From: Rhodospirillales bacterium | GTDB lineage: Bacteria > Pseudomonadota > Alphaproteobacteria > BOG-932 > Roseiterribacteraceae | Assembly (NCBI GenBank): GCA_028291345.1 | Contig: JAQGIF010000270.1 | Location: 16,577 to 80,576 of the forward strand | Reading direction: 5' to 3' | DNA length: 64,000 nt | In this document: one piece after another, positions 19,560 through 28,628 of the stretch | How positions within the stretch are numbered: position 1 is the first letter of the stretch | How the letters are laid out: the number at the start of each line of letters is the position of its first letter | Position numbers and translations under genes: made by a program | The notes under the pieces: model-generated | Told to the model about the DNA's origin: nothing | Databases searched by the model: none | The model's input: only the letters and a program-made list of their open reading frames with translations

Positions 19560-20603
19560 TCAGATTAACGGACAGCTAGTGCAGGAGGGCGGACAGATAC
19601 GTCCCCCAGCCGCGGAGATGCAAACGCAACCTGTTGAATCAGGGATAGACGCTGCACGTTTCACCAACCCGGCTAGGCCCGCAATGAAGGACGAAGCGAC
19701 ACCTACTGTTGGAACGCGTGCAAAATAAGGAAGGCCGACGTCGGCGGCCAATTTGCGATACTCGATTTCGATCTCGACCAAAGTTTCCGAATGCTCGGAA
19801 ACGAACGCTATCGGGGCAACAACGACAGGGCGCTTGTCATGTGCCGCCTGCCGTATCGCTTCCTCAGTGGAGGGTCCAATCCATTTCAGCGGGCCTACAC
19901 GGCTTTGATAACAGACCTGCCAGTCGAGATAGGGAATCTCCAACCGGGCGACAATTGCCGCCGCGGTCTGCTCACATTGGAACTGATAAGGATCGCCGCC
20001 TTTGACGACTTTCTCCGGCAGGCCGTGAGCCGAAAGCAAAAGCCGTGGGCTCCCAAAAGGTTTTGCCTGATCGAGCGCCGGTCCAATCAGATCCGCGACC
20101 GCCGAGACAAAACCCGGTTCAGTGGGATAGCAGCAAACCGCTTTTGTCGGTGTTTTAAGCCGAAGGAAACGCGCTGATTCGTGCCAGGCGGCTAGGCTCG
20201 ATGCTGTCGTGGTCGTCGAATATTGCGGATAAAGCGGTAGAAGAATGATCTCGTCCGGCCCCCAGGCTTGAACCTCGGCCACCGTCTGGGTTGTGAAAGG
20301 GTGCCAGTAGCGCATCGCAATGAAAACGCGGATATCCCCGCCGCCGCCCAGCGCCCTATGCAGCGCAGTAGCCTGCGCATCGGTGTTTGGTAGAAGTGGA
20401 GAACCGCCGCCCAGATGACGATAAATCTCGATCGCGGTTGGTGCCCGCCGTTTCGCGACAAAGGCGGCAAGCCAGCTGCGAAACGGCTGCGGCAGCCGAA
20501 AAATCGCCTTGTCATTGAACAGGTTGAACAGGAACGGCCGAACAGCCTCCAGCGAATCCGGTGCGCCCAAATTGAAGAGGACGATCGCCCGGCGGGAAGT
20601 CAT
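19560..20603 (-). CDS. hemH: Ferrochelatase
   Basis: 347 aa. Motifs LFNLGAPDS, LPLYPQYS and SAHGLP. The start overlaps the hemE stop by 4 bp. The C-terminal tail is Cys-rich. Confidence 0.95.
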   Translation of the reverse strand: MTSRRAIVLFNLGAPDSLEAVRPFLFNLFNDKAIFRLPQPFRSWLAAFVAKRRAPTAIEIYRHLGGGSPLLPNTDAQATALHRALGGGGDIRVFIAMRYWHPFTTQTVAEVQAWGPDEIILLPLYPQYSTTTTASSLAAWHESARFLRLKTPTKAVCCYPTEPGFVSAVADLIGPALDQAKPFGSPRLLLSAHGLPEKVVKGGDPYQFQCEQTAAAIVARLEIPYLDWQVCYQSRVGPLKWIGPSTEEAIRQAAHDKRPVVVAPIAFVSEHSETLVEIEIEYRKLAADVGLPYFARVPTVGVASSFIAGLAGLVKRAASIPDSTGCVCISAAGGRICPPSCTSCPLI

Positions 20604-21643
20604 CCTCCACGCACCAAGCGAACTAGTTCCGCCACATGCTCCGGCGGGGTGGTTTGCGGCACACCATGACCCAGATTGAAGATTACGGGTCGGCCTTTAG
20701 CGCGAGCGAGAATCGTCCTGGTTCCATCCTCGAGCGCCTTGCCACCTACGACAAGCGCAACAGGGTCAAGGTTGCCCTGGACCGGCAGATTACCCGGTAA
20801 TACGTCCAGTGCCCAGCCGAGCGGTACCTGCGTGTCGAGTCCAAGTGCGGTCACTCCAGTTTCTCGCGCATACGAAGGGAGCAACCCGCCAGCGCCCCTC
20901 GGAAAGCCGATCAAAGGGATCGACGGGTGCCGCGCACGTAGCGCTGTCGCAATAGTCCGGGTCGGTTCGATCACCCAGTGAAGGAATTCAGCCTCGGCAA
21001 GAACACCTGCCCAACTGTCAAAAAGCTGAACCACCTCAGCCCCGGCTTCAATTTGCGCCGACAGATGCTCGATCGTCGCCGTGGTGACGATCTCAAGCAA
21101 CCGCTCGAATGTTTTCGGCTGCGCTAGACCGAAGCTCTTCGCCACGATGAAATCGCGGCTTCCGTGACCTTCGACCATATAGGCAGCTACGGTCCATGGC
21201 GCCCCAGCAAAGCCGATCAGAGCAGTTTTCGCTGGCAAGGACGAGGCTACGCCGGAAACGGTTCGATAGACCGGCGAGAGCCGTTCTGTGAGCCCTTCCA
21301 GGTTCAAACGATCGACGTCGTCCCTGTCGAAAAGCGGTTCAAGCTTAGGTCCCTCCCCCTCCAGGAACTCGACTTTCTGTCCAAGCGCCCACGGAACCGT
21401 GAGGATGTCGGAAAAGAGGATCGCAGCATCGAGTCCGAAACGTCTGATTGGCTGCAGCGTTGCCTCGATGGCCAGCTCAGGCCGAAAACAGAAATCCAGG
21501 AAGCCCGTCGATTGGGCTCTCAGCTTCTTATATTCGGGCAAATAACGGCCAGCCTGCCGCATTAGCCATATCGGTGGGGTTGTAGCTACTTTTCCTGCCA
21601 AAGCCGCAAGAAAAGGTTTTTCCGAATGCAATGCCGAATTCAT
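20600..21643 (-). CDS. hemE: Uroporphyrinogen decarboxylase
   Basis: 347 aa. Signature PIWLMRQAGRYLPEY and a later GFAGAPWT motif. Confidence 0.96.
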   Translation of the reverse strand: MNSALHSEKPFLAALAGKVATTPPIWLMRQAGRYLPEYKKLRAQSTGFLDFCFRPELAIEATLQPIRRFGLDAAILFSDILTVPWALGQKVEFLEGEGPKLEPLFDRDDVDRLNLEGLTERLSPVYRTVSGVASSLPAKTALIGFAGAPWTVAAYMVEGHGSRDFIVAKSFGLAQPKTFERLLEIVTTATIEHLSAQIEAGAEVVQLFDSWAGVLAEAEFLHWVIEPTRTIATALRARHPSIPLIGFPRGAGGLLPSYARETGVTALGLDTQVPLGWALDVLPGNLPVQGNLDPVALVVGGKALEDGTRTILARAKGRPVIFNLGHGVPQTTPPEHVAELVRLVRGG

Positions 21644-21699
21644 GGGCTTCAGGATTCCTTAAAGAATCTTTCTTAAGTTTGTGGAAGTTGAAGGATGTT

Positions 21700-21708
21700 T
21701 GTGGAAAA
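21700..21708 (-). promoter_or_regulatory. DnaA-box-like site (TTTTCCACA, 8/9 match)
   Basis: The plus strand reads TGTGGAAAA. It is part of the second copy of the GTTTGTGGAA repeat. Confidence 0.5.
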
Positions 21709-21976
21709 CGGGGATTATCATCCACCCTTGATCCACCCACAGTTTCATCAACAGAATTTGGTTGCCTTTAAAGTGCTAAACCCTTCGATTGCAGCTGAGT
21801 GCGAACGGCAGATACCCGGCGTTTTTTGAGGCGATGATCGTCTCGATTGAGGGTGAAAACGAGACTTATCACCGCTTCCACCTAATAGCTGATCAAATCG
21901 ATACAACCTCATGTAGAACATTGCCATCGTTTGGATGAATGTGCATGGCTTGGCAAGGCTCGGGAACCGGCCCATT

Positions 21977-21985
21977 TTATCCACA
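21977..21985 (+). promoter_or_regulatory. Consensus DnaA box TTATCCACA (9/9)
   Basis: Exact match read directly from the sequence, 42 nt upstream of the preferred start of the DUF299 gene. Confidence 0.6.
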
Positions 21986-22026
21986 GTTCGATCCGCAGAT
22001 TGGGTGGTCCTTTGCGCGATTTTCAT

Positions 22027-22845
22027 ATGCATCTCGTCTCGGATGCCACCGGCGAAACGGTGATCGCCTCTGCGCGCGCATGCGCCGCCCAGTTCGACGG
22101 GGTACGGCCGATCGAGCATTTCTGGAATTTGGTCCGTACGCAAAGGCAACTTAACTTGGCTCTGGAGGGGATCAGCGAAAAGCCGGGGATCGTCATCTAT
22201 ACGCTCGTCGATCGCGAGTTACGGGCGATCCTCGAAACGACATGCCGATCGCTGCAGGTTCCCTGCGTGCCGATGCTGGACCCGATTTTAAAGGGCCTCT
22301 CGGCCTATTTGGGCTTGGAAAGCAAGGCGCAGCCCGGGCGTCAGCATACGATGAACGACGAGTATTTCAGCCGCTTGGATGCGATGGATTTCGCGATGTC
22401 GCAGGATGATGGCCAGTCGCCGGCTAAGCTGGCCGACGCTGATGTTATTCTGGTGGGCGTCTCGCGCACATCGAAAACGCCCACCTGCATTTATCTGGCC
22501 AATCGCGGCGTTAAGGCCGCCAATGTTCCCTTCGTTCCGAACATTCCGCTCCCCGAAATTCTGACGTCAGCGAACGCGCCGCTTGTGGTCGGGCTGACAG
22601 AAGATCCCGAACGACTGGTCTCAATCCGCCGCAATCGCCTCAAGATGCTGAACCAGCCGGAGATCACCAACTATGTCGATCTGGAAGCGGTCCGCCACGA
22701 GGTTACCGAGGCGCGGCGGTTTTATACCAAAATGGGCTGGCCGGTGATCGATGTAACCAGGCGTTCGATTGAAGAAACGGCGGCGGAGGTGATCAAGATT
22801 CTTGCTCGCCGCGATCTGATCTCGGCAGAGGCTTTGCACTTTTGA
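22027..22845 (+). CDS. Pyruvate,phosphate dikinase / PEP synthetase regulatory kinase-phosphorylase (DUF299, PpsR/PDRP family)
   Basis: Conserved N-terminus HLVSDATGET and P-loop GVSRTSKTP. 272 aa from the ATG at 22027. The longer ORF from 21931 would cover the perfect DnaA box. Confidence 0.88.
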   Translation: MHLVSDATGETVIASARACAAQFDGVRPIEHFWNLVRTQRQLNLALEGISEKPGIVIYTLVDRELRAILETTCRSLQVPCVPMLDPILKGLSAYLGLESKAQPGRQHTMNDEYFSRLDAMDFAMSQDDGQSPAKLADADVILVGVSRTSKTPTCIYLANRGVKAANVPFVPNIPLPEILTSANAPLVVGLTEDPERLVSIRRNRLKMLNQPEITNYVDLEAVRHEVTEARRFYTKMGWPVIDVTRRSIEETAAEVIKILARRDLISAEALHF

Positions 22846-23441
22846 CACCATCGATCGTTTTGGCGTCAGGCAGCGCGACGCGCCGGGCCATACTCGAAGC
22901 GGCGGGCCTTTCGGTGATTATCGACCGGCCGGATGTCGATGAAAATAGGGTAAAGCGGGATTATCGTGCCCGAAACCTGAGCGCTTCTGAAACCGCCGAG
23001 GCGCTCGCTGTCGCCAAGGCTGGCCAAGTTGTGCCGCGCCATCCCGGCAGCATCATCCTCGGCGCGGATCAGATGCTGGAATGCGATGGTGCCTGGTTCG
23101 ATAAGCCGTCCGACCGAGCAGAGGCGATTCAACAGATCAGCCGGCTTGCGGGGCGAACCCACTCCTTGCTGTCCGCAATCGTGGCGCTTCGGGACGGCGC
23201 GGTGATTTGGCGAACGGTGGAAAGCGCCGAATTGACCATGCGACCGCTTTCGCGAACCTTTATCGAATCCTATCTCGATATAGTCGGCGATCAGGTGTTG
23301 AACGCGGTCGGGGGTTATCAGATCGAAGGTCGGGGAATCCAACTCTTCAGCGAGATTCGCGGCGATCATTTCACGATCCTCGGCATGCCGCTCCTGCCTT
23401 TGCTGGCCTTTTTACGAGACGAGGGAGTCGTCGCCGAATGA
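22842..23441 (+). CDS. maf: Maf-like nucleotide pyrophosphatase
   Basis: 199 aa. Motifs LASGSATRRAIL, GADQ and GGYQIEG. The TTG start overlaps the upstream stop. Confidence 0.9.
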   Translation: MTPSIVLASGSATRRAILEAAGLSVIIDRPDVDENRVKRDYRARNLSASETAEALAVAKAGQVVPRHPGSIILGADQMLECDGAWFDKPSDRAEAIQQISRLAGRTHSLLSAIVALRDGAVIWRTVESAELTMRPLSRTFIESYLDIVGDQVLNAVGGYQIEGRGIQLFSEIRGDHFTILGMPLLPLLAFLRDEGVVAE

Positions 23442-24265
23442 TACCGCGCGCCGGAGTCATCGGCTGGCCTGTCGGGCATTCGCTGTCACCACGCATTCAT
23501 CGCTTTTGGCTTGCTGAACTGGGAATTCAGGCGCGGTACGAGGCTGTCGTGGTTTCGCCCGACTGGCTGGAAGATACGATTGATCGCTTTCGTGTCGGCG
23601 GCTGGCAGGGATTCAATGTGACCGTGCCTCATAAGGAGACAATCATTCCGCTGCTGGATAGGCTGGACCCGGTTGCGCGTGCTATCGGCGCCGTGAATAC
23701 GGTGGTTGCTCTGGGGAATGGACAATTCGAAGGGCGCAACTCGGACGCGCCTGGATTTCTTGCCAGCCTGCGGGCGACCCGCGCTATCCGCATCGATCGG
23801 CCGGCGGTGGTGCTGGGGGCCGGCGGCGCCGCCCGCGCCATAATGGCGGCGCTGAGCGATGCCGGAATTCCTGAGATTCGAATTACCAATCGCGACCGGG
23901 TACGGGCGGAAGCTTTGGCATCGTCATTTCCGGCGATCGTGTGCGATTGGGCAAATCGTAGTGATGCGTTGGAAGATGTCGGCTTGATGATCAACGCAAC
24001 GTCGCTCGGTATGAGTGGGCAGGCGCCATTGGAGATCGATCTTTCCCGCCTGCCAGTGTCTGCTATCGTGACTGATATTGTGTATCGGCCGTTGATGACC
24101 GATTTGCTGCTTCGCGCCCAGGAACGTGGAAACCCAACCGTCGATGGTTTGGGAATGCTGCTTTACCAGGCGGTGGAGGGCTTCACCGCCTGGTTCGGTG
24201 CAACACCGCATGTGAGTCAGGACTTGCGCAATCACGTTTTGGCGGCGATCGAACATGCCGATTAG
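23438..24265 (+). CDS. aroE: Shikimate dehydrogenase
   Basis: N-terminus GVIGWPVGHSLSPRIH, then NVTVPHK and GAGGAARA. ATGA overlap with the maf stop. Confidence 0.93.
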   Translation: MIPRAGVIGWPVGHSLSPRIHRFWLAELGIQARYEAVVVSPDWLEDTIDRFRVGGWQGFNVTVPHKETIIPLLDRLDPVARAIGAVNTVVALGNGQFEGRNSDAPGFLASLRATRAIRIDRPAVVLGAGGAARAIMAALSDAGIPEIRITNRDRVRAEALASSFPAIVCDWANRSDALEDVGLMINATSLGMSGQAPLEIDLSRLPVSAIVTDIVYRPLMTDLLLRAQERGNPTVDGLGMLLYQAVEGFTAWFGATPHVSQDLRNHVLAAIEHAD

Positions 24266-24275
24266 GGCCGGCAAT

Positions 24276-24875
24276 ATGATCGTGGTTGGCCTGACCGGGT
24301 CGATCGGCATGGGAAAGTCCAATGCCGCCGCCGCGCTCCGCCAGCTCGGCATTCCGGTTCATGACGCGGATGCGGCGGTACATACGTTATTGGGCCCTGG
24401 CGGCCGGGCGGTAGACAAGGTGGCCGAAGCCTTTCCGAAGGCACTGGCGGGCAATCGGATAGACCGGAAGGCGCTGGGCGACCTTGTCTTCGGGAACACG
24501 CCGGCGCTTCGCCAGCTCGAGGCAATTTTGCATCCGCTGGTTCGACGATCGAGTAAAGATTTTCTGGCGGCGGCGGCGCGGCGCCATGTTCGGATCGCCG
24601 TGCTCGATATCCCGCTCCTTTACGAAAGCGGCGGGGAAAAGTCAGTCGATGCGGTGATTGTGGTGAGCGCCCCAAGGCAAATCCAACGGCAGCGGGTACT
24701 CGCGCGGCACGGAATGACCGAGGAAAAATTTCGGGCGATCCTGGCGCGGCAGGTGCCCGATATCGAGAAGCGACGACGCGCTACCTTTGTCGTGTTCACC
24801 GGCGGCCATCGCGGCGAGACGTTTCGCCAACTGAAACGCATCGTGCGGCTGCTGGAGGAACGCGGTCCGTGGTAA
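24276..24875 (+). CDS. coaE: Dephospho-CoA kinase
   Basis: P-loop GLTGSIGMGKS at the N-terminus, ~199 aa. An ATG at 24255 is an alternative start. Confidence 0.92.
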   Translation: MIVVGLTGSIGMGKSNAAAALRQLGIPVHDADAAVHTLLGPGGRAVDKVAEAFPKALAGNRIDRKALGDLVFGNTPALRQLEAILHPLVRRSSKDFLAAAARRHVRIAVLDIPLLYESGGEKSVDAVIVVSAPRQIQRQRVLARHGMTEEKFRAILARQVPDIEKRRRATFVVFTGGHRGETFRQLKRIVRLLEERGPW

Positions 24876-24915
24876 TGTTCCGGTGATTGCGACCTAATAA
24901 GGTGATTCGAAAATC

Positions 24916-25617
24916 ATGAGTGACAGCTATGGCGCGCAGGGCCTCCGAGAAATCGTTCTCGACACCGAAACCACCGGCCTCGATCCACGGCACGGCCACC
25001 GGATCGTCGAAATCGGTTGCCTGGAACTCGTCAACCATATTCCGACCGATCGCCATTTTCATCGCTATATCAATCCGGAATGCGACATTTCCGACGAGGC
25101 GGTTGCCGTTCATGGGCTGACGCGCGAGCGGCTGTCGAAGGAACCGGTCTTTGCCGCTATTGCCGGTGATTTTCTCGATTTTATCGGCGATGCGAAACTC
25201 GTCATTCATAATGCGGATTTCGACGTAGGCTTCCTGAATGCCGAGCTCGCGGCTTTGGGCCTGCCGCAAATGCCGCCCGATCGCGCGACCTGCACCGTTA
25301 AGATGGCGCGACGCCGTTTCCCCGGCGCGCCCGCCAATCTGGATGCGCTCTGCCGAAGGTTCGGCGTCGATAATTCCGGTCGCGCACTCCATGGAGCGCT
25401 GCTCGACGCACAGCTTTTGGCTGAGTGTTATGTCGAGCTTTTGGGCGGCCGACAGCATGGGCTTGCGCTTGCGGTCGAGACGGCGGCGGCGAGCGTTGCG
25501 ATCGCGGGGGTCGTTATCCAGCGGACCCCGCGTGCGCATGGGCCGAACGAGAGCGAGATCGCGGCACATGCCGCAATGATCGCTTCGCTTAAAGCGCCGC
25601 TTTGGCTCGGGTCTTAG
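24916..25617 (+). CDS. dnaQ: DNA polymerase III subunit epsilon (3'-5' proofreading exonuclease)
   Basis: 233 aa. Exo I (VLDTETTG), Exo II ([13 protein letters not shown]) and Exo III ([14 protein letters not shown]) motifs. Confidence 0.95.
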   Translation: MSDSYGAQGLREIVLDTETTGLDPRHGHRIVEIGCLELVNHIPTDRHFHRYINPECDISDEAVAVHGLTRERLSKEPVFAAIAGDFLDFIGDAKLVIHNADFDVGFLNAELAALGLPQMPPDRATCTVKMARRRFPGAPANLDALCRRFGVDNSGRALHGALLDAQLLAECYVELLGGRQHGLALAVETAAASVAIAGVVIQRTPRAHGPNESEIAAHAAMIASLKAPLWLGS

Positions 25618-25625
25618 GGACTCCG

Positions 25626-26138
25626 TCAGTTCGGCAGATTGTTTTGCAAGGAGGGATCGCCCAATCCCTGCCGTTCCGCCAACTTGCGACGATAAAGGTC
25701 GACGAAATCGATCGGGTTCAACATCAGTGGAGTGTAGCCCCCGTCGCGGGTCAGGTCGGCAATGATCGCCCGGGCGAAGGGGAATAGCAGACGCGGCGCC
25801 TCGATGAAGAGGATCGGCTCAAGCTGATCCGGAGGGATGCCGGTGATAGTGAACACTCCGGCATAGGCGAGCTCCACGATGAAGGCGACGATATTGTCGC
25901 GCTTGGCCTCGGCCCGCACCGTCAGGGTCACGTCGAACATATCCGGTCCAACCGAATTCGCCTGAACGCCCAGATTGAACGAGACCTCGGGCGGCTGCGT
26001 CCCGGGCTGGCTCATGATGCGCAGAACGTTAGGGCTTTCGAACGAAAGGTCCTTGATAAACTGCGCGTTGACACTGAGCGAGCCGCGGCCGTCGGTTTCT
26101 GGCGCGCCGCCGCTGCCGTTTCCTGGCTGATCGGTCAT
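25626..26138 (-). CDS. secB: Protein-export chaperone SecB
   Basis: 170 aa with typical SecB length and sequence (YIKDLSFE-like FIKDLSFESPN, LLFPFAR). Confidence 0.93.
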   Translation of the reverse strand: MTDQPGNGSGGAPETDGRGSLSVNAQFIKDLSFESPNVLRIMSQPGTQPPEVSFNLGVQANSVGPDMFDVTLTVRAEAKRDNIVAFIVELAYAGVFTITGIPPDQLEPILFIEAPRLLFPFARAIIADLTRDGGYTPLMLNPIDFVDLYRRKLAERQGLGDPSLQNNLPN

Positions 26139-26201
26139 CTCGAAATCCCTCTATTGTGACGGCGGTGGCCTAACATGCCGTACAGGCTGGCACAACCGGG
26201 T

Positions 26202-26612
26202 TTACTTTTCAGTGTCCAGCCGCCGGAAATCGCCATCGATTATTTTCGAGGGCTGTTCCGTTTCGCCGCGGACCGGTGCCGTGCCGGCACTCGCCAGCTT
26301 GGCGAAGAGCAGACGCCGTAGCGCCGGTATCAGTATCAGGACAGCCGCTATGTCCGTGAGGAAGCCCGGAATCAGAAGCAGCACGCCCGCCAGCATCCGG
26401 GATCCGCCTTCGGCCAGAATCGTTACGGGATTGCCGCGTTGCCGCTGCAGCTTGAGCGCCGTCATGGCGCCGGCATCGCGCAGCACAATGATTCCAATGA
26501 CCGCTGAAACGACCACTAGGGCAAGGGTCCGGACGACGCCGATCGCGCCGCCCACGACGATGAAAGTCGCGATCTCGGCCAGAGGAAACAACAGAAGTAA
26601 AAGCAGCGGCAT
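26202..26612 (-). CDS. fxsA: FxsA family membrane protein
   Basis: N-terminus MPLLLLLLFPLAEIATFIVVGGAIG, with LLLIPGFLTD downstream. The ORF extension up to 26753 is not family-like. Confidence 0.85.
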   Translation of the reverse strand: MPLLLLLLFPLAEIATFIVVGGAIGVVRTLALVVVSAVIGIIVLRDAGAMTALKLQRQRGNPVTILAEGGSRMLAGVLLLIPGFLTDIAAVLILIPALRRLLFAKLASAGTAPVRGETEQPSKIIDGDFRRLDTEK

Positions 26613-26796
26613 TCCATCACGCTTGTGAGACAGGGTCATCGGCCCTATTTGTCTAATGGTGGGTCCGCGAGTGGCACCTTCGCCGCGCACGTATCCGGAA
26701 GATGGGATGAAGCTGCCCTCGGCGCTAGTGCTGCGCGGGTTCGATACCGACATCCGATGTCGGATTGTACAGCCGACCTACCTGCAGAGGAAAGCA

Positions 26797-27453
26797 ATGA
26801 ACGAAGACGGATCTGTGATCGGCATACTTATATTCGCGGGTATCGCGGTTTTCCTGGTGTTCCGGCTCCGGGCGGTCCTCGGCCGCCGCACAGGCGAGGA
26901 GCGCGAGCAGTCCAATCCGTTCGACCGTCCGCCTATCGTGCCGTTTCAATCGGGCGTCGGCGAACCGCCCGTGGCGTTCGGCGGGCGTGAGCCCGTGACG
27001 ATCGACAATGATCCAACCCTGCCGTTGTCGCTCGATGCCAAACTCGCACGCGTACACGCAGGCGACCCGGCTTTCGATGAAAAGCATTTTCTGGCTGGCG
27101 CGCGCAGCGCCTTTCAGATGATCGTGTCGGCATTCGCGGCCGGCGATCTGGCGACCTTGCGTCCCTTGCTGAGCTCGAACTTATATGGCGAGTTCGGTCG
27201 GGCGATCTCGGAGCGGCCGCATCGCGATGCTGGCGAGGCCATCCATTTTGAGGGTCAGGTCGAGGCGGAAATTGTCGATGCGCGGGTCAATGGGCGCGAA
27301 GTCTTTATCCAGGTGCGCTTTGTCAGCCGTCAGGTTCATCCAGGCGAGACCGCGGCGCCCGATGAGGACACGATCGATCTCTGGAGTTTTTCGCGCGATC
27401 TCGGCTCGCGGGACCCGAACTGGCAGTTGGTCGAGACCGCGACCGAACACTAA
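26797..27453 (+). CDS. Tim44-like domain protein
   Basis: N-terminal TM helix (IGILIFAGIAVFLVF) followed by a Tim44-like C-terminal domain. Its position next to secB/fxsA is the usual alphaproteobacterial context. Confidence 0.8.
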   Translation: MNEDGSVIGILIFAGIAVFLVFRLRAVLGRRTGEEREQSNPFDRPPIVPFQSGVGEPPVAFGGREPVTIDNDPTLPLSLDAKLARVHAGDPAFDEKHFLAGARSAFQMIVSAFAAGDLATLRPLLSSNLYGEFGRAISERPHRDAGEAIHFEGQVEAEIVDARVNGREVFIQVRFVSRQVHPGETAAPDEDTIDLWSFSRDLGSRDPNWQLVETATEH

Positions 27454-27467
27454 GGTTCGACGGCGCA

Positions 27468-27980
27468 GTGGCAAAGTTGCGAGCCGCGACCGAAGCGGAG
27501 CGAGCGCTATGGGGCGCGGCAATGCGGGACGTCCGTCGCCTTGACCCGAAAAGGGCGCTCCCGGTTTTCCCGCCTTTGCCCGCGCCACCGTCATCTCCTG
27601 AAATCGCGGAACTGCCCCAGCGGCCGCCGACCCTCGTTCGAGCAAGGCCCGGTGGCGCCGATGGCGCGACGATCGAGCGGCTGAAGCGGGGGCAGATCGC
27701 AATCGAGGCGCGGATCGATCTGCACGGCCTCGACCAGCGGGCAGCCTTCGCCTCATTGATGGGATTTATCGAGACGTCCAGTCGGGCGGGACGGCGCGCA
27801 GTGCTGGTCATTACCGGTAAGGGCTCGGTCAGCGACGGCGGGGGGATCCTGCGGCGCAACGTTCCCGGGTGGCTGACGGCCTCCCCGCTTGGCGGCAGGA
27901 TATTGACGATCCAACAGGCGCATACCCGCCATGGTGGCGACGGCGCGTTGTATGTGCTGCTGAGGCGCAAGCGCCCCTAG
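27468..27980 (+). CDS. Smr domain protein
   Basis: 170 aa, GTG start. C-terminal Smr motif: IDLHGL...VLVITGKG...LRRNVPGWL. Confidence 0.85.
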   Translation: MAKLRAATEAERALWGAAMRDVRRLDPKRALPVFPPLPAPPSSPEIAELPQRPPTLVRARPGGADGATIERLKRGQIAIEARIDLHGLDQRAAFASLMGFIETSSRAGRRAVLVITGKGSVSDGGGILRRNVPGWLTASPLGGRILTIQQAHTRHGGDGALYVLLRRKRP

Positions 27981-27981
27981 G

Positions 27982-28009
27982 CAGCCCGGACCCGCGTGGG
28001 CCCGGGCTG
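27982..28009. terminator. GC-rich hairpin between convergent genes
   Basis: CAGCCCGG (27982-27989) pairs with CCGGGCTG (28002-28009), with further inner CCC/GGG pairing. It lies between the smr stop and the stop of the first VOC gene. No clear U-tract. Confidence 0.45.
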
Positions 28010-28020
28010 GTCGATAGGCG

Positions 28021-28560
28021 TCAGCTTTTGGGTGCTGGGCCGGCGATTTCGATGAGGGTGCCGTCCGGGTCTGTTGCGAACAGGATATCCATCGGTCCTA
28101 GCTTGGTGCGGCCCGCATCCAGGGTCTTGCCGCCATTGTCCTTGACAAGCTTGGCGACGCGGTCGACGGCGTCGACCCTAAAGGCGATATGGGCGAGACC
28201 CAGCTGGGCAGCCGAGCCTTCGCTGGCCTTCATCGGTGCAGCGGGCGTGAAATGGACCAGTTCCAGCACAACGCCATCGCGCTTCAGAAACTTGATATCG
28301 AGCTTGGCGTCGGCACCTTTGGCGCCCAGCAGCTTGGCAACCGGGCCTGGCAGGGCGTGGACGTCGCCCGATTCGAAGCCTAGCGCCTGATAGAATTTCG
28401 TCGATTTGTCCAGGTCAGCGACCGAGATCGAGACGTTGGCGAACATCGCTCCGTCGGGGTCGAGCTTCGGGTTCGGCCCGACATCGGCGCGCGCGGCCCC
28501 TAAAAAGGCCGCGAGCCCAATCGCGCCAGCGCCCAGAATCAGTGACAACTTGCCCATCAT
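28021..28560 (-). CDS. Secreted VOC (glyoxalase/bleomycin-resistance/dioxygenase fold) family protein
   Basis: 179 aa. Signal peptide MMGKLSLILGAGAIGLAAFLGAARA. VOC-type motifs VSISVADLDKSTKFYQALGF and DPDGTLIEI. Confidence 0.8.
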   Translation of the reverse strand: MMGKLSLILGAGAIGLAAFLGAARADVGPNPKLDPDGAMFANVSISVADLDKSTKFYQALGFESGDVHALPGPVAKLLGAKGADAKLDIKFLKRDGVVLELVHFTPAAPMKASEGSAAQLGLAHIAFRVDAVDRVAKLVKDNGGKTLDAGRTKLGPMDILFATDPDGTLIEIAGPAPKS

Positions 28561-28628
28561 AACAATTCCTCCCTTGTTGGTCCTCGATGCAACAGCTTGT
28601 ATCGGGTTCGCCCTAACGGCGAAATCAT

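Larger units (their letters stand above)
21644..22026. other. oriC: Probable chromosomal replication origin (oriC)
   Basis: AT-rich non-coding gap between divergent hemE and the DUF299-family gene. It holds a cluster of DnaA-box-like 9-mers including one perfect TTATCCACA, a 10-nt direct repeat GTTTGTGGAA x2 spaced 20 bp apart, and two GANTC sites. Synteny matches the Caulobacter Cori flanks. Confidence 0.7.

Noticed and set aside
21659-21676. CtrA-type binding site (TTAA-N7-TTAA) in the proposed origin
   Set aside because: The two TTAA tetramers present (21659-21662 and 21673-21676) are separated by 10 nt, not 7. I saw no canonical CtrA box elsewhere in the gap.
21931-22026. Longer N-terminal extension of the DUF299/PpsR-like ORF (start at 21931)
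   Set aside because: The family's conserved N-terminus begins at HLVSDATGET, immediately after the ATG at 22027. The extension has poor composition and would bury the perfect DnaA box at 21977-21985 in coding sequence.
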